Shown here: positions 7,994 to 16,546 of the stretch, piece after piece
Layout: each line of letters begins with the position of its first letter
Position numbering within the stretch: the first letter of the stretch is position 1
From: Rickettsiaceae bacterium
Lineage (GTDB): Bacteria; Pseudomonadota; Alphaproteobacteria; Rickettsiales; UBA6187
DNA length: 51,181 nt
Assembly: GCA_021323415.1 (NCBI GenBank)
Contig: JAJONM010000002.1
Location: forward strand, 1-51,181
Reading direction: 5' to 3'
Translations under genes and position numbers: made by a program
The notes under the pieces: generated by a model
Database searches by the model: none
What the model saw: the letters and a program-made list of their open reading frames with translations, nothing else
Told to the model about the DNA's origin: nothing

Positions 7994-9712
7994 ATGAGCA
8001 AAGGATCAAAAGAGCATATTCGTATAGAATCAGAAGATAGTGGTGTATTGGTTACACCGGTGGATTATGAAGCATTGCTTTTAACTAAGCTTTATCATGC
8101 TTGTGCAAAAGCTCAAAATAAAAATGACCTGGAAGGCATTGCGGCCATAATAGAAACCATTAAAGAAAAGAAATATGATATTAATCGTATCATTGAACTA
8201 ACAGAAGATGTCGCTATTTATAAACGTGATGCTAATGGAAAAATAGTTACAGAAAAGGAAGTAGATTCAAACGGTAACGAACAGGATGTACCAGTAGTTC
8301 TAACTACAGAAAAGAGAGCTATTGGTAAAGCGTTGCCATTCTTTGGATTGGCTTATAGCGAAATTGCAGAAAGTAACCTATCTACAAAAGAAATTGTAAA
8401 AATTAGAATAGCTATAGCAGAAAAATTATCATCTATTCCAAATATTGAAGTTAACAAAAGCTTTATAAATGTTTTAAAGTTTGGTGATGGGACAGATGAA
8501 AATCCATATTGGGAGAAAATAGAAGTAACTAACTTCTTAAGTATCCTTGAGAAGCAAAAGCCTTTATGGAGAATCATATCTGAAAAAGCAGCTGACGGAA
8601 TGGATAAAGTTGCAAGCGCCTTAGGTGTTAGCAATGAAAAAATAACACTGGCTTTAGAAAGTAATGATTCTACTACTGATTTGAAAAAGCACTCAGATTT
8701 GGTTAATCGCCAACCAACTCCACCTAACTTAAAAACCAGCAAAAGCAGATTGGGTAGCAGCGGCAGTTTATCATCTTTTTCAAGGTCGCTTTCAAGGTCA
8801 CAATCATTTATGAAAAAGCCTGAATTAAGTATAACTGGTGCGGAAGGTGATAAACTGTCTTCAAGTGTTCCCCAATTAGCTCCGCGTGTACATAGCAGAA
8901 AGCGCAGTATATCTGCTGTTATAAAATATGCTCCGCAAAAACAAGTGGAAAAGAAGCTGGATTTAAACAGCTCTGGCAGCCTGGTGGAAGAAAACAACTC
9001 GCCGTCAATATCCTCATCAAACTCTAATGATGATATGATAAAATCAGCTGACTTTATTACTACATCTAAGTCGATAGATGGTGTTAAGATTGAAGGATCA
9101 ATTCCTACAATGTACCCTGATTCGCAAAGTGATATATCAGATTCATCAGGCTCAGAATCTGATGATATGATAAGATTAGTGGATTTTATTAGTACATACG
9201 TTAATGTGATTAACAGTGCTAAGATTGAAGGGCCAATTTTTAAAATGCGCAATGATTCGCAAAGCGATAAATCAGATTCATCAGGCTCAAAATCTGATGA
9301 TAAGATTGAAAATTCACGCAGGACAAGCTGGCAAAAAGAATTTTTAGTCAAAGCAAGCCATAAAGCACCAAGGCAACTAACCTATAAATTTAGGCAAATT
9401 CCTGATCCATCAGCTCAGGAACCATCTGATGAGAAAGCAAAATTGAGCAAAAGTACATCGCCAGATATCCGCCCACGTTCATCGACATCTGGTGCTGAAA
9501 CCCGCAATTTTGCAGAAAAAGCAAAAACTGTAAGATACAAAGAAAAAAACTTTGCTGAGAAACTTGAGCAAGAATGGAAAGATGAAAAGCCAGCCATAGC
9601 AGCAAAGCCTGAAGAAAAAGAACCAAGTTCTGAAGATAAGAAAAAAGCAAACAGGGTTAAAGCGGAAATTGAAAAGAAGTACAAAGGCTCGCAAGGGATA
9701 TCAAAAAAATAA
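7994..9712 (+). CDS. hypothetical Ser/Lys-rich, largely disordered protein (candidate effector)
   Basis: 572-aa ORF with GAGG RBS; low-complexity Ser-rich centre with an internal duplication; first of three closely spaced genes. Confidence 0.8.
   Translation: MSKGSKEHIRIESEDSGVLVTPVDYEALLLTKLYHACAKAQNKNDLEGIAAIIETIKEKKYDINRIIELTEDVAIYKRDANGKIVTEKEVDSNGNEQDVPVVLTTEKRAIGKALPFFGLAYSEIAESNLSTKEIVKIRIAIAEKLSSIPNIEVNKSFINVLKFGDGTDENPYWEKIEVTNFLSILEKQKPLWRIISEKAADGMDKVASALGVSNEKITLALESNDSTTDLKKHSDLVNRQPTPPNLKTSKSRLGSSGSLSSFSRSLSRSQSFMKKPELSITGAEGDKLSSSVPQLAPRVHSRKRSISAVIKYAPQKQVEKKLDLNSSGSLVEENNSPSISSSNSNDDMIKSADFITTSKSIDGVKIEGSIPTMYPDSQSDISDSSGSESDDMIRLVDFISTYVNVINSAKIEGPIFKMRNDSQSDKSDSSGSKSDDKIENSRRTSWQKEFLVKASHKAPRQLTYKFRQIPDPSAQEPSDEKAKLSKSTSPDIRPRSSTSGAETRNFAEKAKTVRYKEKNFAEKLEQEWKDEKPAIAAKPEEKEPSSEDKKKANRVKAEIEKKYKGSQGISKK
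9026..9306 (+). repeat. imperfect intragenic tandem duplication (about 135-140 bp unit)
   Basis: DDMI...DFI.T...KIEG.I..M..DSQSD.SDSSGS.SDD occurs twice; GATTCGCAAAG.GATA.ATCAGATTCATCAGGCTCA is shared at DNA level. Confidence 0.8.
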
Positions 9713-9724
9713 GAAGAGATAAAA

Positions 9725-10921
9725 ATGAAAAGAATAGCTGAAGATAATGAACATGGAAGAAATGTAAGGCCGAGAACTGATGCAGGACAGGATAATTTTA
9801 TTTTAATGGACTATTCGAGTAATATATCCATACACGAGGCTGCAAAATCGGGCGATATAGCAGCTTTAGCGTTATTAACCCAAAATACAAAAAATATTGA
9901 TGCTCGTGATGCTTTTGGCTCTACTGTCCTGTATCAAGCTATTTGTGCTGGACGTACTAATGCTGCGATCTTCATGATTTCTAAAGGCGCGAATATTTAT
10001 TCGCTGGATGATTTTAATAGATCTGCCCTACATATTGCGGCTCAAAGTGGTAACGTAGAATTAACTGAATTTTTGTTAAGTCGCGGAGCTGATGTTAATG
10101 CAAAAGACGACTCTGGACAAACTACCTTAAGTTTGCTTGCTCATGAAGGGAGTGAAAATGATGGAGATTTTGCTGCTTTGCAAAAATTGTTAATAAAACA
10201 CAAAGCATACATAAATGTAATAGACTATGATGGTCTAGCCCCACTTCATATTACTGCCTTTGGTAGAATAGGAAGCGCAAGGCGTTTTATCGAAAATGGC
10301 GCCAATGTAAATTTACAAGATGACTCGGGTGACACATCAATAGACATCTACTTAAAAGTACGTCATGATCAGGATATATCCGAGTTTATTAAATTATTAC
10401 TTTGTGCTGGTGCTACTTACTCAAAAAAGCAGATAAAGTTTTATAGAGATAATACCTCCGGAAGTGCCGCGGCATTTAGTGTATTTGATTATGCAAAAAC
10501 TACTCTGACTTATCAACCAATACCACTTATTCCTTTATTAATGTTAAGCCCTGAATTTGTAGTTAGCTATTCTGCAGAGCTAAGAAAGGAAATAGAAGGC
10601 AAAGGAAGTAAAGCATTGTCGAAAATCCTTGAACGGACTGGATTACCTTATCTTCCAGCGGAATTGATAGGAAAAGAATTATTTAAATATCTTTCTATCG
10701 AAGATGTCGGCGTTGCTTTTTCCCTTTCCAGCCAGCATGACCAGCAAACCCGCCCATTAGATCAAGGTGAGCAAAGGGTAGTTCCATACTCACTTGATGT
10801 TGCAGAAAGGAATACCAGAGAAACCTACCCAGCTAAACTTGATGAGAAGATAAAATTATTTACTGCGGATATTGAGAAGAGAAGGGCTGAGGCTGATAAA
10901 GTGGCAAACAAGGGGAGATAA
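9725..10921 (+). CDS. ankyrin-repeat / F-box-like protein (candidate effector)
   Basis: Ankyrin repeats; LPYLPAELIGKELFKYLSIEDV F-box-like motif; N- and C-terminal blocks shared with 10924. Confidence 0.9.
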   Translation: MKRIAEDNEHGRNVRPRTDAGQDNFILMDYSSNISIHEAAKSGDIAALALLTQNTKNIDARDAFGSTVLYQAICAGRTNAAIFMISKGANIYSLDDFNRSALHIAAQSGNVELTEFLLSRGADVNAKDDSGQTTLSLLAHEGSENDGDFAALQKLLIKHKAYINVIDYDGLAPLHITAFGRIGSARRFIENGANVNLQDDSGDTSIDIYLKVRHDQDISEFIKLLLCAGATYSKKQIKFYRDNTSGSAAAFSVFDYAKTTLTYQPIPLIPLLMLSPEFVVSYSAELRKEIEGKGSKALSKILERTGLPYLPAELIGKELFKYLSIEDVGVAFSLSSQHDQQTRPLDQGEQRVVPYSLDVAERNTRETYPAKLDEKIKLFTADIEKRRAEADKVANKGR

Positions 10922-10923
10922 AA

Positions 10924-12555
10924 ATGAAAAGAATAGCTGAAGATAATGAACGTGGGAGAAATGTAAGGCCGAGAACTGATGAAGTGCCTCCGCTTGTTAA
11001 TCCAGCACCTATTATTAGTGCTCCACAACCTTTAGCCCCTCGGCAGCCAATAGTCAAAGCGCTACACATGGCGGCGATGGAAGGTAATATGGTGCAGTTG
11101 CGCCTGCTAGCAGAGCGCACTCAGGATATTGACGTGCGTGATAATGACGGAATGACTGCTTTATATTATGCGGTAGCGTATAACAACATTGATGCCACTC
11201 GATTTCTGCTTGAAAAGGGAGCAAAAAAAGAAGAAGTTGATAAATATGGCTCTAATGCACTGCATGTAGCTGCTTTAAATAATAGTTGTTATGTGGCTTC
11301 TATGCTTATTGATCTTGGTGTGGATGTAAATGTTAGAGATTCTGAAAATCGCACACCTATGCATGATGCTGCGACAGAAGAAGGTAGCTTACAAGTGCTT
11401 AAATTGCTATGTGCAAAAGGTGCTGATATAAATGCAAAAGACAATCACCGCGAGACACCGCTGGATTCTGCTGCCGAAAATGGCTACACTGAGATAGTTG
11501 AATTTCTGGTTAGTAAGGGAGCAAATATAAATGAAGAAAGATACTATAATGCCATTCCGTTAGATCGTGCAATAATAAATCTTCATAAAGAAACTGCTAA
11601 ATTTCTACTTAGTAAAGGCGCAATTATGACTGATGCTATATTTGCTGCTGTTGATGATTATAGTGATGCGAAAGAAACTTTGACTTTCTTACAAGATATC
11701 GGATGTGACATAAACAAAAAAATTTACGGTCATAGTGGAATTAGCCTCTTAAATTGTGCTTTGGGCAATGATAATCTTAATGATGATCAGTTTGAGGGAC
11801 TATTAAGATTATTTATAAGCCACAAAGCGCATATAAATTCTAAAAATGAAATGGGCAGTACCCCACTGCATCGAGCTGCACACGAACCCCAAGCAACAAA
11901 ATTTGTTATTGAAAATGGTGGTAATGTTAATTCTAGGAATGAGGATGGGAAGACTCTATTAGGACGGATATTAGATTATAATGGGGAAGTACATTATAAT
12001 GGAAACGCTTTAAAACTCACTACATTGTTACTTTGCGCTGGCGCTACCTTCACTTGGGAAGAGGTTAATGATGCACTTAAACATAAACAATCCGATAATG
12101 ACATAGAAGCGATAGTTGGTATCTTTAGAAATTCAAAAGTTATTAATCTATCTTTAGATAAACGCCAATTAGCAAATGAGTTTGTATCAAGCTATCCTGA
12201 GGAGCTTTTTAGTGAATTTGTAGATAAAGCAAGTGATACGGCATGGCAGATGATACAGCGTAATAGTAATAAATACGGCCCAAATGTATTTTTTAATTTG
12301 CCGAAGGAAATGATTAAAGAAATATTAGTAAGGCTTCCTGTTGCCGATATTTGCTCGTTCCTCACCCTTTCCAGCCAGCATGACCAGCAAACCCGCCAAT
12401 TAGCCGAGGGTGAGCAAAGGATAGTTCCATACTCACTTGATGTGGCAGAAAGAAGAACCAGGGAAACTTACCCAGCTAAACTCGACGCTAAAGTAAAATT
12501 ATTTACTGAAGATATTGAGAGAAGAAGAGATGGGGCTGAAGGCAGGGGAAGGTAA
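10924..12555 (+). CDS. ankyrin-repeat / F-box-like protein (candidate effector)
   Basis: Ankyrin repeats; FFNLPKEMIKEILVRLPVADI F-box-like motif; ends GRGR. Confidence 0.9.
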   Translation: MKRIAEDNERGRNVRPRTDEVPPLVNPAPIISAPQPLAPRQPIVKALHMAAMEGNMVQLRLLAERTQDIDVRDNDGMTALYYAVAYNNIDATRFLLEKGAKKEEVDKYGSNALHVAALNNSCYVASMLIDLGVDVNVRDSENRTPMHDAATEEGSLQVLKLLCAKGADINAKDNHRETPLDSAAENGYTEIVEFLVSKGANINEERYYNAIPLDRAIINLHKETAKFLLSKGAIMTDAIFAAVDDYSDAKETLTFLQDIGCDINKKIYGHSGISLLNCALGNDNLNDDQFEGLLRLFISHKAHINSKNEMGSTPLHRAAHEPQATKFVIENGGNVNSRNEDGKTLLGRILDYNGEVHYNGNALKLTTLLLCAGATFTWEEVNDALKHKQSDNDIEAIVGIFRNSKVINLSLDKRQLANEFVSSYPEELFSEFVDKASDTAWQMIQRNSNKYGPNVFFNLPKEMIKEILVRLPVADICSFLTLSSQHDQQTRQLAEGEQRIVPYSLDVAERRTRETYPAKLDAKVKLFTEDIERRRDGAEGRGR

Positions 12556-12564
12556 GATTTAAAA

Positions 12565-12589
12565 AATTGTCACCCTGAGAGTGACAATT
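12565..12589. terminator. hairpin between convergent genes (likely terminator)
   Basis: AATTGTCAC-N7-GTGACAATT with an A-run on the left (U-tract for the comEC transcript). Confidence 0.55.
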
Positions 12590-12594
12590 CCGTG

Positions 12595-14631
12595 CTACCT
12601 ACTATTCCACAACCTATCACCCTTCTTTTGAGCTACGCTTGCAATTTCAATCGTATCAGATAGGAATATGGTATGCGTGCCGCCCTCTTTCAGATTATAC
12701 AAACTTATAATTCGAGCATTAGGGCAGGTGGCTTTTGTGTGGGTAAAGTTGATTATTACATCTGCGCCAACACAATCTTCTTCTAAGGCCAGTGGCTGTT
12801 TGGCAAAAACGGTGGTAAACTTATCTTTCTTATAAATACATCCGATAGCATCACAATTAATTGCGGTATCTTTGCCTGATTTTTCGTCTTCTATAATTTC
12901 AGTTTCACTACTACCAAATTTCTTTTGCCATGTTTCGCGTGAATATTTTTCCTGATTTTTATTAGAAAATACAAATCTCTCGTCAATCTTAACTGCAAAT
13001 AGCTTGCCGCTTTCATCGATTATTATATCAGGCACATGGGTATACTGCGCTAACGCTACACCAAGCAAAACGGGGATCGCTCCCAAATAGCGCAGTTTAG
13101 TAAGCCACAAGCAAAACCACAAGCCACCGATAGCCATTAATATAAGACTGGCATCGGGTAACTGGGGTAATGATGAAACTGGCTGTGGCAGGCTGGTTAT
13201 ATATTTTGCCGCGCCTGAGACGAGTTCAATCCCCCAGCACATTGGCACTAACCCAACGCTTTCCAATCCAAAAGGCATCAGCAATAATGTAATCACTCCC
13301 GCTGGCATCACAATGAAAGATGTAATTGGTATAGCTATCAGATTGGTTAAAATTCCGTAGGACGAAAAGTTATTAAAGTGATAAATAGTAAAAGGGGCGG
13401 TAGCTATTCCGGCAATTAGTGATGATGCAATAATACCAAGGAAATAGAAAATTGTTCGCTTAATTATACTCTTCTTGGTTTCGCTCCCGATGATGTTACT
13501 CACCAATTCATAACAACTAATTAAAGCAATTACTGATGCAAATGACATTTGAAAGCTTGGGTCTAGTGCGCTCTCGGGCATAAAGATTAATATAATTATC
13601 GCAGCAAATGCAATGGAACGGAGTGGTGCGCCAGTCCTATCTATAATAATTGCGATAAGTATTAACGAAGTCATTATAAATGAACGCTGCGCAGGCACAG
13701 GTGCGCCAGAAATAAGCAAATAAGCAAAGCTACTTAATATCGCAATTGCCGCTGCCCACTTTTTTATATTAAAACGCAAAGCAATTACCGGAATCATCGC
13801 CAGCAACGCCCTGCTGAAAAAATAGAAAATCGCAGCAGCTAAGGTTAAGTGCAGGCCAGAGATTGAAAGTATGTGCGAGATGCCCGATACACGCCATTCA
13901 TCACGTATAGTTTTATCAATACCGCTTTGCTCTCCCACCAATAACGCAACTGCAATATTACCAGGTTTTGGGTCAGTATTTTCCAAAATATTATTTACAA
14001 TTTTTTGGCGGACTTTCTCTATAAAGCTATCACTTATGTTTGATTTATTAATAACCTCGATAGAAGAGATGCTGTAACCAACTGCGCCAATTTGTTCAAA
14101 AAATGCATAACGCGAAAAATCATAACCACCCGGAATTGCCGCTTGTGGCGGTGGTGATAGTGATGCCAGAAACAAAACAGTATCGCCAGGGTTAGCACCG
14201 TTATCGTTAGTTCTTACAATAACGCGGATTTTTTCGGGAGTATCGGTAGCATCAACTCCTTCAATAGCAGGGTTTGTGATAATAAATCGGCTGCCGCTTG
14301 GCATCGCCTGAATTTCGCTGACAACGCCGGTAATTTTCTTTATGCCAGTTTCTTTTTGCAAAACTGGAGCAACAATACTTAATGTCCTAATATTAGCCGC
14401 GACAAAGCCTGAGGATATTACCGCGCTAGTTAAAAATACTAAGAAAAAAGCAGATTTCTTTCTAAAAGTAAGTGCTAGTATGCTGCTTACTAAAAAGATA
14501 GTAATGCCGTATATTAATCTGGGTTCAAAGGGCAGGGTGAAATAAAAAACAATCCCGATGCAGAAAAATACCGGAAACCAAAGTATCCATGAGTCTTTTT
14601 CAGCAAGGAAGATGTTTTTTAGTTTTTGCAT
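12595..14631 (-). CDS. comEC: ComEC/Rec2 competence DNA-uptake channel
   Basis: PGGYDFSR, GISHILSISGLH, PAQRSFIM, PSFQMSF motifs, many TM helices; start set at MQKLK (14631) because the longer frame begins inside a repeat. Confidence 0.93.
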   Translation of the reverse strand: MQKLKNIFLAEKDSWILWFPVFFCIGIVFYFTLPFEPRLIYGITIFLVSSILALTFRKKSAFFLVFLTSAVISSGFVAANIRTLSIVAPVLQKETGIKKITGVVSEIQAMPSGSRFIITNPAIEGVDATDTPEKIRVIVRTNDNGANPGDTVLFLASLSPPPQAAIPGGYDFSRYAFFEQIGAVGYSISSIEVINKSNISDSFIEKVRQKIVNNILENTDPKPGNIAVALLVGEQSGIDKTIRDEWRVSGISHILSISGLHLTLAAAIFYFFSRALLAMIPVIALRFNIKKWAAAIAILSSFAYLLISGAPVPAQRSFIMTSLILIAIIIDRTGAPLRSIAFAAIIILIFMPESALDPSFQMSFASVIALISCYELVSNIIGSETKKSIIKRTIFYFLGIIASSLIAGIATAPFTIYHFNNFSSYGILTNLIAIPITSFIVMPAGVITLLLMPFGLESVGLVPMCWGIELVSGAAKYITSLPQPVSSLPQLPDASLILMAIGGLWFCLWLTKLRYLGAIPVLLGVALAQYTHVPDIIIDESGKLFAVKIDERFVFSNKNQEKYSRETWQKKFGSSETEIIEDEKSGKDTAINCDAIGCIYKKDKFTTVFAKQPLALEEDCVGADVIINFTHTKATCPNARIISLYNLKEGGTHTIFLSDTIEIASVAQKKGDRLWNSR

Positions 14632-14722
14632 ACTACATGTAAGCCATTTATAGTTAATACATTTCTCGGCTGCAGGTTTCTTACTATAAACTTTTTCTTT
14701 GAAAGAAGTATATTTATAATTG

Positions 14723-14811
14723 ACCTGGATCCTGGATACCAAAAAATCTAAGGCTTGCTCAGCAGAGCCTAAGATTTTAACGGTTCCAGGATGACGATTC
14801 CTACGGAATCG
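14723..14811 (-). repeat. reverse-oriented left half of palindromic family A
   Basis: Reverse complement reads CGATTCCGTAGGAATCGTCATCCTGGAA..AAAATCTTAGG..ATCCAGGATCCAGG, matching the 7271-7357 region. Confidence 0.75.
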
Positions 14812-14818
14812 AATTCAA

Positions 14819-15229
14819 TCACTCCCATGCATTTGTAATATGCTTAATCAAAAACTTAGGCGAAATAAAAATCACATCGAATCGTGCATTATTGTTAGCG
14901 AATTTTTTGTTATGAAATAAGAAAACTTCTGCTGCCCTTTTTATTCTGGCTTTCTGGCTAGGCGATATAGCTTCATAGATATTATTAGATTCTTTCCGTG
15001 CTTTTACTTCTACGAAAACTAAACGATTGCCACGCCTTGCAATGATATCTACTTCTCCCATATGGGTTTTATACCTACGCTCAAGTATGGTGTAAAATTT
15101 AAGGCGTAGATATAGGACTGAGAAGGTCTCTGCCATTACGCCAAATTGGTAAGTAGATTTTTTATTTTTTATCATATCATCTTGATAAGATGAAAAATAA
15201 TCAGATGCAATTTGTTTTCTATATACCAT
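14819..15229 (-). CDS. yraN: YraN (UPF0102) endonuclease-like protein
   Basis: GEVDIIARRGNRLVFVEVKAR and RFDVI motifs; true start may be the downstream MIKNKK. Confidence 0.9.
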   Translation of the reverse strand: MVYRKQIASDYFSSYQDDMIKNKKSTYQFGVMAETFSVLYLRLKFYTILERRYKTHMGEVDIIARRGNRLVFVEVKARKESNNIYEAISPSQKARIKRAAEVFLFHNKKFANNNARFDVIFISPKFLIKHITNAWE

Positions 15230-15246
15230 AATTCATTAATTTAAAA

Positions 15247-15459
15247 ATGAGTCCCATTACTCAAAAATGGTACTTCGGCAAGAATTTCAAACTGTCTTAT
15301 TGGAAACTCGCACAAACTGTGGCTTTTGGTAATATAGAAAACCAAAGACTGGTGCTAAGGGGTATTGTTGGTCAGCCCGAAATGGTGGATGCTGGGCGAG
15401 TTGGTCATGAATATATTAATATACCACGACAGATTTTCAAATCATCGTGGTATAAATAG
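15247..15459 (+). CDS. small hypothetical protein (uncertain)
   Basis: 70-aa ORF filling the gap between yraN and cspA; no RBS or family recognised. Confidence 0.35.
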   Translation: MSPITQKWYFGKNFKLSYWKLAQTVAFGNIENQRLVLRGIVGQPEMVDAGRVGHEYINIPRQIFKSSWYK

Positions 15460-15473
15460 TAAGAATTAAGCGA

Positions 15474-15680
15474 TTAACAAAGCGCTAAATTTATAGCTGA
15501 AGTTTTACCTTGACGGTTCGACTCCAGATCATAGCTGATACGAGCGCCTTCATTCAAAGTTTTCATACCTGCTTCTTCTAGTGCACTGATGTGCACAAAC
15601 GCATCAGAGCCACCTTGATCAGGTTGAATAAAACCAAAACCCTTTGTAGGGTTAAACCATTTAACAGTACCATTAGCCAT
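15474..15680 (-). CDS. cspA: cold-shock protein
   Basis: GTVKWFNPTKGFGFI and AFVHISA RNP motifs; AAGGA RBS. Confidence 0.96.
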   Translation of the reverse strand: MANGTVKWFNPTKGFGFIQPDQGGSDAFVHISALEEAGMKTLNEGARISYDLESNRQGKTSAINLALC

Positions 15681-15913
15681 AAGAATATCCTTTTATTGGC
15701 GTTTACATAACCACCCACACAATGCAGGCGGTATAAAAAGAGGTCGGAATTAAAAAGGCAGAACCTTGCCTCTTTTAGAAACGTCAGGGGAAATAAAAGA
15801 ATACTGGGAGGTTTTCTTAAATATTATGCTTTATAAGCACAAGCTGTAAGAGGCTATGCCTAAAGAAGCGTCAACTGTCATCAATTAAAGAGTAAATACC
15901 GAACTCGGAGGAT

Positions 15914-15942
15914 ACCCTATCTTGTTAAAAGAGCTAAGTCAA
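15914..15942 (-). promoter_or_regulatory. putative sigma70 promoter giving cspA a 5' leader of about 225 nt
   Basis: Minus strand TTGACT-N17-TAGGGT; long leaders are typical of cold-shock genes. Confidence 0.4.
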
Positions 15943-16118
15943 GTATTTTGGTGGAAACAGGCAAAAGTGTTTGAACAAGTGGTAGAAATAACAGTGGAGA
16001 TAATGGGGGGTACTTCGCCCGCATTATGTTTTACCAGACGTGCTTTTAAATCGTCAGTAATTCCGGTGTAATAATGTTCGGAATCGAGAGATCTTTGGAG
16101 AATGTAAATATATTTCAT
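15939..16118 (-). pseudogene. truncated GIY-YIG nuclease (not in the ORF track, 59 aa)
   Basis: MKYIYILQRSLDSEHYYTGITDDLKARLVKHNAGEVP matches the small GIY-YIG family (YxYIL..Y.G.T.DL..RL..HN.G), then runs into unrelated sequence and stops. Confidence 0.8.
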
Positions 16119-16129
16119 TGTGTTAATCT

Positions 16130-16232
16130 AGTCCGCTTACGCCTTATCGGGCTTCAGCGCGACAGCCTATCTCTAACTCCCTTCGCCTCGTCAAGCAATG
16201 GCTTGCCGAGCCAAAGCTCGAAGAGCGTAGGC
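16130..16232 (-). other. GC-rich structured element directly 3' of the tRNA-Ala CCA end
   Basis: GCCTACGCTCTTCGAGCTTTGGCTCGGCAAGCC...AGGCTGTCGCGCTGAAGCCCGATAAGGCGTAAGCGGAC, two imperfect stem-loops, ending about 11 nt before the GIY-YIG ATG. Confidence 0.6.
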
Positions 16233-16308
16233 TGGTGGAGCCAAGGAGGGTCGAACTCCTGACCTCAACACTGCCAGCGTTGCGCTCTACCAACTGAGCT
16301 ATGACCCC
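16233..16308 (-). tRNA. tRNA-Ala(GGC)
   Basis: 76-nt cloverleaf GGGGTCATAGCTCAGTTGGTAGAGC...CT-GGC-AG...GTTCGA...CTCCACCA with encoded CCA. Confidence 0.97.
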
Positions 16309-16375
16309 ACACGATGAGTTAAGTTTCTAGCTTTTGTTTATGGATATTTCAAGTGGAATTAAGACTCTAAAATCA

Positions 16376-16411
16376 AAAAGGTGCAGTTGCTTTTACACAA
16401 CTGCACCTTTT
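16376..16411. terminator. intrinsic terminator downstream of the 16547 gene
   Basis: AAAAGGTGCAGTTG-N8-CAACTGCACCTTTT perfect stem with A/T tails on both sides. Confidence 0.8.
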
Positions 16412-16546
16412 CAACTAGAAGAATGGAAATGCGCGTTACTATTAATACAAGTTGCTAAACCTATAGTCAAGTATATATTTTAAAATTATACTAGAAGTAG
16501 TAATTGGTGAAAAAATAAATGACACATAGTAAATAAGTAAGGGAAA

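Noticed and set aside
8353-9351. 332-aa antisense ORF, and the other short opposite-strand or alternative-frame ORFs in the track
   Set aside because: Shadows of longer genes with recognisable motifs or better RBS; no independent features
9716-12530. Diversity-generating retroelement explaining the duplicated gene ends
   Set aside because: No reverse transcriptase in the window, both copies are coding, and differences are not confined to adenines
14632-14742. N-terminal extension of comEC
   Set aside because: The start falls inside the family A palindrome; MQKLK gives a normal ComEC N-terminus
16074-16262. 62-aa plus-strand ORF
   Set aside because: Antisense to tRNA-Ala, its 3' element and the GIY-YIG remnant
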